NCBI GenBank assembly: GCA_965201075.1
Contig: CBDAVP010000011.1
Coordinates: 186,001 to 238,980 of the forward strand
Length of the DNA stretch: 52,980 nucleotides
Direction: 5' to 3'
DNA from: Isosphaeraceae bacterium
GTDB lineage: Bacteria; Planctomycetota; Planctomycetia; Isosphaerales; Isosphaeraceae
This document shows, in pieces, positions 46,824 through 52,980 of this stretch. The position numbers were made by a program, and so were the translations under genes. Within the stretch, counting starts at the first letter, position 1. Each line of letters opens with the position of its first letter. The notes below the pieces were generated by a model, which was not told the origin of the DNA, did no database searches, and was given only the letters and a program-made list of their open reading frames with translations.

Positions 46824-49373
46824 ATGGCGAAGGTATCGCCCGTCTGGGCGCTCGACATCGGCCAGGCCGCCCTGAAAGCCCTCAAACTGGCCCCCGCCGC
46901 CGACGCCGACCACGTCACGGCCGAGGCGTTTGACTACGTCGAATATCCCAAGATCCTCAGCCAGCCCGACGCCGACCCCGAAACCCTCGTCAGGGAAGCC
47001 CTTCAGACGTTTCTGGACCGAAACGACCTGAAAGGCTGTCGGGTCGCCATTGGCGTCGCCGGACAGGCGGGCCTGGTCAAGTTCATCAAACTGCCGCCGG
47101 TTGAGAAGAAGCGTATTCCCGACATTGTCAAATTCGAGGCTCGCCAGCAAATCCCGTTCGCCCTGGAAGAGGTCATCTGGGACTACCAGCAAATTGGCGG
47201 CGACGACGACGGCGACGAAGGCTTCGCGATGGCCGAGGTTGGCCTCTTCGCGATGAAGCGAGACCAGATCGGCCGCGCGATCTATCCCTTGCAGGCCGCC
47301 GGGATCGAGGTCGACGTTGTCCAGATGGGTCCCATTGCCCTGTATAACTTCGCCGCGTTCGACGCCCTGAAGCCCGAGGACAAGGAGAAGGGCTCGGTCG
47401 TCCTGATCGATATCGGCGCCGACAACACCGACCTGATCATCACCGACGGCGCCCGGATCTGGCAGCGCAACGTCCCCATCGGCGGGAATCATTTCACCAG
47501 GGCCTTGACCAAGGAACTGAAGCTCACTTTCGCCAAGGCCGAACACCTGAAGCGAAACGCCACCAAGGCCCCCGACCCCCGCGCCGTTTTCACCGCGATG
47601 CGTGGCGTCTTCAACGACTTCGCCAGCGAGGTCAACCGCTCAATCGGGTTCTACTCCAGCGTCAACCGCACGGCCAAGATTTCCCGGGTGGTCGGCCTGG
47701 GCAATGGGTTCAAACTCCCCGGCCTCCAGAAGTTCCTCCAGCAGAACCTCACCTACGAGGTCGACAAGCTGGAAAGCTTTGACAAGATCGTCGGCGACGA
47801 GGTCAAGGGGGCCCCGCAGTTTCAGGAGAACCTTCCCTCCTTCGCCGTCGCTTACGGCCTGGGACTTCAAGGTCTAGGCCGGGCTCGCCTGCGCACGAAC
47901 CTCCTTCCGCCAGAGGTGGAGCGGGTGCGGATGCTCCGCCGCAAAAAGCCCTGGGCGGCGGCCGCGGCGGCTTTGATCACCGTCGGTGTCCTGGCCCGAT
48001 TCGCTGGCGACTACCGGGCGTACGCCAAGGTCAATACTCCGGATTACAACGCCGCCATCAGCCAGGCCAAGTCCGCCAAGGCCGAGGGGGACAAGCTCAA
48101 GAGCGGTTTCGACTCGGCCAAGGGGCAGTTTCAGACGACCAAGGATGACGGCGAGGCCCTGATCCCCGTGGGCGACGGCCCCAACAGCATGGCCGATTTC
48201 CTCAAAACGCTCCAGGAATACCTGGTCTTCGACCCGACGATCGACCCCCGAGACCCCACCGGCCAGACCAAGCTCGACCCCGACGTTCCCGACCAAAGGC
48301 GCATCATCGACCGCCTTCGCGTCCACATCGACGCGATCCGCCCGGTATGGGAATCCGACCTGGGCAAGTGGTACGACGACCTCAGCGACCCCGCCAAGAA
48401 CGTCATGCACCCCTACGACCGCGACCCCGCCCACAAGCCCACCGGCGAAGGGTGGATCGTCCAGATCGTCGGCCACCATTTCAATCCCTCGGAGCACGGT
48501 GGAGGCAAGAACGCCGACCTACCCGTGAAGGGGGTGGATTACGGTCCGCTGACCTTCCTGAACAAAGTTGTTCTGCCGCGGCTCTCCTCGCCGAGATTCC
48601 GGGCCTTCGGCTTCAACCACCCCACTTACACCTGGGTCAACATCGACAAGACCTGGGTCGGGGACCGCGAAACGCCGGGCGGCAACCGCCTTGCCAGCAA
48701 CGCTCCCATCCTGGCCCGCAACATCACTCCCCCTGCCGGCGAGAGTGGCGCCGGCGGAGGGATAGGAATGATGGGCAGTCTGGCCCGTGGTGGCATGGGA
48801 AGCATGGGAGGCATGGGAGGCATGGGAGGCGGTCTGGCAATGCCTCCCCCCGCCGGAATGGCGGGCATGGGCGGCATGATGGCCGACCTGGCGCGTGGAG
48901 GCGGTCCGGGGGCGGGGGGACCCGGAATGATGATGGGCCGCATGCCTGGGATGGCGGGAATGCCAGGTGGCGCGGGCCAACCCGAGCCCCAGACCCGCAC
49001 CCGGACCGACTTCAAGATCGAGATGCTCTGGACGCCTCCCACCGACGCGAAATCGCAACCCCAGACCAAATCGGAGATGGACGAGGCCGTCGCCAAGATC
49101 TGGACCGACATGCAGGAATCGGCCAAAAACGTCAGGGGCGTGGTCAATCCTCCCGACGAGAACGCCTTCGCCAAGGTTTCGACCGAGGCAACTGCCAAGG
49201 CGCTGAAGGACGTGGAAGCCACCCTCCCGACCGCCCCGGCTGATGGCCAGGTTCCGGCAGCGGCGACGCCGGCCGCTACCACGGTTCCGACCGCGGTCCC
49301 GGCGGGGTCCGGAGCGACCCCGGCCGTCCCTGGTGCCGCCCCAGCCATGCCCGGGGCTCCTCCGTCCCGTTGA
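46824..49373 (+). CDS. pilM: Type IV pilus assembly protein PilM, extended form with a TM helix and PilN-like C-terminal region
   Basis: WALDIGQAALKAL, EARQQIPF, IDIGADNTDL, IGGNHFT, GNGFKLPGL, then TNLLP plus TM (the PilN hallmark). Confidence 0.92.
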   Translation: MAKVSPVWALDIGQAALKALKLAPAADADHVTAEAFDYVEYPKILSQPDADPETLVREALQTFLDRNDLKGCRVAIGVAGQAGLVKFIKLPPVEKKRIPDIVKFEARQQIPFALEEVIWDYQQIGGDDDGDEGFAMAEVGLFAMKRDQIGRAIYPLQAAGIEVDVVQMGPIALYNFAAFDALKPEDKEKGSVVLIDIGADNTDLIITDGARIWQRNVPIGGNHFTRALTKELKLTFAKAEHLKRNATKAPDPRAVFTAMRGVFNDFASEVNRSIGFYSSVNRTAKISRVVGLGNGFKLPGLQKFLQQNLTYEVDKLESFDKIVGDEVKGAPQFQENLPSFAVAYGLGLQGLGRARLRTNLLPPEVERVRMLRRKKPWAAAAAALITVGVLARFAGDYRAYAKVNTPDYNAAISQAKSAKAEGDKLKSGFDSAKGQFQTTKDDGEALIPVGDGPNSMADFLKTLQEYLVFDPTIDPRDPTGQTKLDPDVPDQRRIIDRLRVHIDAIRPVWESDLGKWYDDLSDPAKNVMHPYDRDPAHKPTGEGWIVQIVGHHFNPSEHGGGKNADLPVKGVDYGPLTFLNKVVLPRLSSPRFRAFGFNHPTYTWVNIDKTWVGDRETPGGNRLASNAPILARNITPPAGESGAGGGIGMMGSLARGGMGSMGGMGGMGGGLAMPPPAGMAGMGGMMADLARGGGPGAGGPGMMMGRMPGMAGMPGGAGQPEPQTRTRTDFKIEMLWTPPTDAKSQPQTKSEMDEAVAKIWTDMQESAKNVRGVVNPPDENAFAKVSTEATAKALKDVEATLPTAPADGQVPAAATPAATTVPTAVPAGSGATPAVPGAAPAMPGAPPSR

Positions 49374-49460
49374 ACACATCCCGGCCTGGCGGTCTCACTC
49401 TCGGTCCGCCAGGACTCACTTCCCCGACATCTCTGTTCCAACCGCGGGGTTCTCGTCGCC

Positions 49461-51065
49461 ATGGACCAGGTCAAACTCATCCTGAAGCAGCTCGTCAAGC
49501 AGCGATTCTGGATCGCCATCGGCGTCGCCATGCTGGTCCCGCTGATCGCCTATTTCACGATGTCCGGCTCGATCAAGGGGGCGACCACCGCCAAGATCGG
49601 CGAGATCACCGCCGCCGACAAGGGGGCCCAGGAGTACGCCAACGGCGACAAGCCGACCCGCGTCCACGCCGACATCGTCAACGAGGACCAGGAACGGCTG
49701 AAGGGGGAAGTGACCAAAACCTGGCGCACCCTTTACGAACGGCAGGCCCCCCTGCTGACCTGGCCCAAGGCCGTCGAGGCCGACATTCCCAACTGGGGCC
49801 AGCGGGTTTGGCCCAAGGGCGTCGACGCCAGCCGTGTTCAGCAGACCATCACCAATTACGTCGAGACCTACAACACTTACGTCGAGCAGGTTTACCAGTC
49901 CTTCAAGCCATTCAACCCCATGGACGGCACTGGGATCGTCGCCGCTCCCCCCAAGGAAACCCTCCTGCTGGCGCCGGTGTTCGACCCCCGCGACCCTCCC
50001 AAGCTCAAGGCGATCTGGGACACCCAGGAACGCCTCTGGCTTCAGAGGGCGGTCCTCGACGTGGTCGCCGACGTCAATAAAACCGCCAAGGACTGGAATT
50101 CGGCCATCATCAAGCAGATCACCCAACTGGAGGTCGCCACCGCCACCTCTCAGGACCAGCCCACCGCGACCAAGGAGACGACCCTCAAGGAGACCGAGGA
50201 GATCACCGTCGACGGCGCCCCGCCGCCCGAAGAGGAATCCAGCGGCAGCGGAATGATGGGCGGTGGGGGCATGATGGGAGGCGCGGGCATGATGGGCGGG
50301 GGGCCCGGAGGCATGGCCCGGATGGGGATCAATATGAGCGGCATGGGAGGGGGTGGTGGTCCCGCCGCCAAGGCCGGCGCCGACATCTCCTATACCGAGG
50401 GAGCTGGGGGGCGATATCGACTGTTCCCAATCACCCTTGGCGTCCTGATCGAGCAGGAGCATACCCAGGACCTTCTCGCCGCCCTCAAAAACTCCCCGAT
50501 GATGATCCAGATCAAGGAAGTGCAATGGTCCCGGCCCGACAGCCCTGTCATCAAGCCGGTCAAGGATGAGACCGGCGGCATGTACAACCAGTATGCCGGC
50601 CAGATGGGAATGCCCATGAACATGATGGGCGGCGGTCGTGGTCGCATGACCTTCGCCGGCCCCGGCATGATGGGGATGAACATGGGAATGGGGTCGAGAG
50701 GCCCCGGCGCCATGAATCCCATGATGGGAATGGGCACCATGATGGGCAGGATGCCGGGGATGGGCGGATCGGGCGGGGCGGTGGCCCCTCCGAAACAAGG
50801 GACCGACGTTCGCCAGCGGTTTTTGACCAAGCAGCAGGAAGAGGCGGCCAAAAAGGACAAGGACAAGAACAAGGATAAGGCCGACGCCGAGCCCATTCCC
50901 AAGGCCGAGCCCTATAACCCCTACATTGACATCGTTCAGTTCACCGTCTACGGGCAAGCTCGCTTCTACAACAATCCCGACGCCACCCCAGTGGAATCCA
51001 GCGGCGGCGCTCCGGCTCCCGCGGCCACGCCGAAGGCCGCGGCCCCGCCGCGGCTCGCTGACTGA
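49461..51065 (+). CDS. Membrane-anchored pil-operon protein (PilO position), Met/Gly-rich
   Basis: N-terminal TM (QRFWIAIGVAMLV), IWDTQERLWL, LLAALKNSPM, VQFTVYG; directly follows pilM. Confidence 0.75.
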   Translation: MDQVKLILKQLVKQRFWIAIGVAMLVPLIAYFTMSGSIKGATTAKIGEITAADKGAQEYANGDKPTRVHADIVNEDQERLKGEVTKTWRTLYERQAPLLTWPKAVEADIPNWGQRVWPKGVDASRVQQTITNYVETYNTYVEQVYQSFKPFNPMDGTGIVAAPPKETLLLAPVFDPRDPPKLKAIWDTQERLWLQRAVLDVVADVNKTAKDWNSAIIKQITQLEVATATSQDQPTATKETTLKETEEITVDGAPPPEEESSGSGMMGGGGMMGGAGMMGGGPGGMARMGINMSGMGGGGGPAAKAGADISYTEGAGGRYRLFPITLGVLIEQEHTQDLLAALKNSPMMIQIKEVQWSRPDSPVIKPVKDETGGMYNQYAGQMGMPMNMMGGGRGRMTFAGPGMMGMNMGMGSRGPGAMNPMMGMGTMMGRMPGMGGSGGAVAPPKQGTDVRQRFLTKQQEEAAKKDKDKNKDKADAEPIPKAEPYNPYIDIVQFTVYGQARFYNNPDATPVESSGGAPAPAATPKAAAPPRLAD

Positions 51066-51130
51066 CTCGAACCACTCCATTCAGACCCGACGGTCTTCGC
51101 CAAGACGCCCGCGATCGAGGAGCCCCGCTC

Positions 51131-52980
51131 ATGGCCAACGCTTCGGTCGACAAGTTCAAGGACCTGGCCCTGCGTCACGGCGAGAAGCTCGTCGTCGCGG
51201 GCGCCGCGGGCCTCTGCATCTGGTTCATCATGGCGGGATTGGGGGGCGAGACGGTCGACGTCACCCCCGACCAGGTCAAATCCAATGCCGCCAATGCCGC
51301 CAAGAATGTGAAGCGGCCAGTCGACCGTGACGAGTTGGCCAAGCAGATGAAGCCGAAGAATTCCTCATCTTCCCCGACCTCAACAAGAAGGTTGAGGCCG
51401 ATTGCTAACCACGAGCCCCTGTCCGTTAAGAACGGGCTCCAGAGCCTGCTCTCGACGCTCGACCCCACCGGCGGCGTCCTTGCGTGACCGGCCGGAGCTG
51501 TTCGCCCCCTATGATGTCAACGCCCACAGTTGGGCGCGGCGGCACCTTGGTCTACAAGCGAGACCCCGAGACCGGCGAGTTCGTCTACGCTGCCGAGGAG
51601 GGCGCCGAGCCCGTCAAGGTCGCCAGCAAGTCCAGCACCCGTCGCCGTAACAAGAGCAAGAGCGGCAGCAATCCCACCGGTTCTCCCCCGGCGCCGGCTT
51701 TGCCATGGGCGGCACCCCGGCGACGAGGTTGACACAGACGACGCAAAAGAAAGCCGATGCCAAGGAGAGGGAGCGTCAACGGCGACAGGAGGACGTTGTC
51801 GGCCAGGCTGCCCCCGCGGACCCGGACGCCAAGGCTGAGGAAGACCGACGCCAGCGAGGACAACCCGCAAGCCCGAGGAGGTCATCAAGGGTCTTCCGCT
51901 GGGTCGCCCTCACCGGCCTGCTTCGACTACAAGAAGCAGCGGGACGCTTTCGCCAAGGCCCTCAAGCTCGAACCAAGGCTTCCGCCTATCCCGGGCTTAT
52001 GAGTACCTGGACCTCGAGCGCCAGGAACTCCAGACCGACGGGAGCTGGGGGGAATGGAAGTCGGTGGACCGCGAGGCCAATCGCTCAAGATCCTGGAGGA
52101 CGTCCCCGAGATCGACCACGAGCGAACGCTGGACGATCGGCCCGGCTCAAAACGCTCGTCGACGACCTGCCGTTCCTGAAAACCGGCTACTGGCGGGGGG
52201 TTCACCACGCCCTCCTCTTGACCCAGGCGGAGAAGGACGCTGAGCAAGTCCAAGCCCGTTGCCCAGGGCCCCGGCGGCATGATGGGCTCTGCCATGATGG
52301 GCCGCGGCATGAATATGGCGCCTGGATCGATGATGTTGCCCGGAATGGCCGACGGCAACGTGGAGATTCGAGATCGGATGTCGCTGCCTGGCATCGATGA
52401 TGATGCCGGGCATGGGCGGCATGGGCGGCATGAACGGCATGGGCGGCACGATGGCCGAGGAAGACACCGACTTCCCTCAAGACTCGGAAGACCCGAGACG
52501 GTCATGGTCCGCGTCACTGGACTTCACCGTCGTCCCCGGAGACCACCTACCGCTACCGCAGCGCGAGATTGTGGTCCGCAACCCGAATCGCGAGGTCGTG
52601 ATGATGTCAACCTCGGGGTCGACTCGACCTCGAAGGCAGTTGGAAGGCCCCTGGAGCGAGCCCACCAGTATCGGTCTTCGGTGCCCCGCCGACGTGGCCA
52701 CCTACGCGCTGGCCAAGGCGGCCCCGACCCCCCTCGGTCGAGGCGAGGAAGTCGAGTTTCAGGTTTCACTCGCTGGGATGCCAGGACGACGGCCAGACCA
52801 CGTTGTGAAGTCGTTTTCCAGGCCGCCCCCGGCCAGGTCATCGGCGACTCCGCGAACGTCCGGGTGCCCGACGCCAAGGGCCAGGACAAGCCGAAGATCA
52901 AGTCTCTCAACTTCCTCAGCAGTTACCTCCTACTCGATACCGAGGGAGGCCCGCACGCGGTCGCCCAGCAACTCGGCCTA
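51131..52980 (+). pseudogene. Third pil-operon membrane protein broken by many frameshifts (probably sequencing error); runs off the right edge
   Basis: Protein-like fragments alternate between the three plus frames: MANASVDKFK...HGEK, RDRPELFAPYD, GRGGTLVYKRD, RWVALTGL, DYKKQRDAFAKAL, LERQELQTDGSWGEW, LVDDLPFLKTGYWRGVHH, LDFTVVP, IVVRNPN, EGPWSEPTS, APGQVIGD. Confidence 0.75.

Noticed and set aside
48790..48830. GCATGGGAG tandem repeat as a CRISPR or contingency locus
   Set aside because: In-frame 9-bp units encoding MGG, with no spacers and no cas genes.
51484..52910. Several short ORFs as independent small genes, or programmed frameshifting
   Set aside because: They are consecutive fragments of one protein, and there are too many shifts without consistent slippery sites.
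1..52980. Frequent GTCGAC and CGATCG palindromes as a HIP1-like signal
   Set aside because: Mostly explained by common codon pairs (Val-Asp, Ile-containing) in GC-rich genes; enrichment cannot be shown without computation.

Overview
GC-rich bacterial chromosome segment, most consistent with a planctomycete of the Isosphaerales (inferred from the extended PilM, the ECF sigma/Ser-Thr kinase pair, and the DUF1080 and TMTC-like proteins). From left to right it holds: an M50-peptidase/HlyD/GAF-HlyD export-like operon with no ABC ATPase visible; two paralogous membrane proteins, an SDR epimerase, a large zinc metalloprotease and a DUF1080 protein; a surface-glycan/LPS operon ending in a 53-aa membrane ORF that the ORF track missed; an atypical enolase-superfamily enzyme coupled to a hydrolase; two tandem GT4 genes sharing a near-identical 206-bp tract; a carotenoid desaturase-glycosyltransferase-acyltransferase operon; a CBS protein, two GT-C-type enzymes, ribBA and a GH43; a selenocysteine formate dehydrogenase operon (in-frame UGA plus SECIS, no Tat signal); an ECF sigma factor with a DASD motif plus its kinase; and a pilM operon whose proteins carry Met/Gly-rich tracts. 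The last ~1.6 kb is full of frameshifts, probably sequencing error. I saw no rRNA, tRNA, CRISPR array, transposase or reverse transcriptase. All family assignments come from motif recognition by eye, not database searches.
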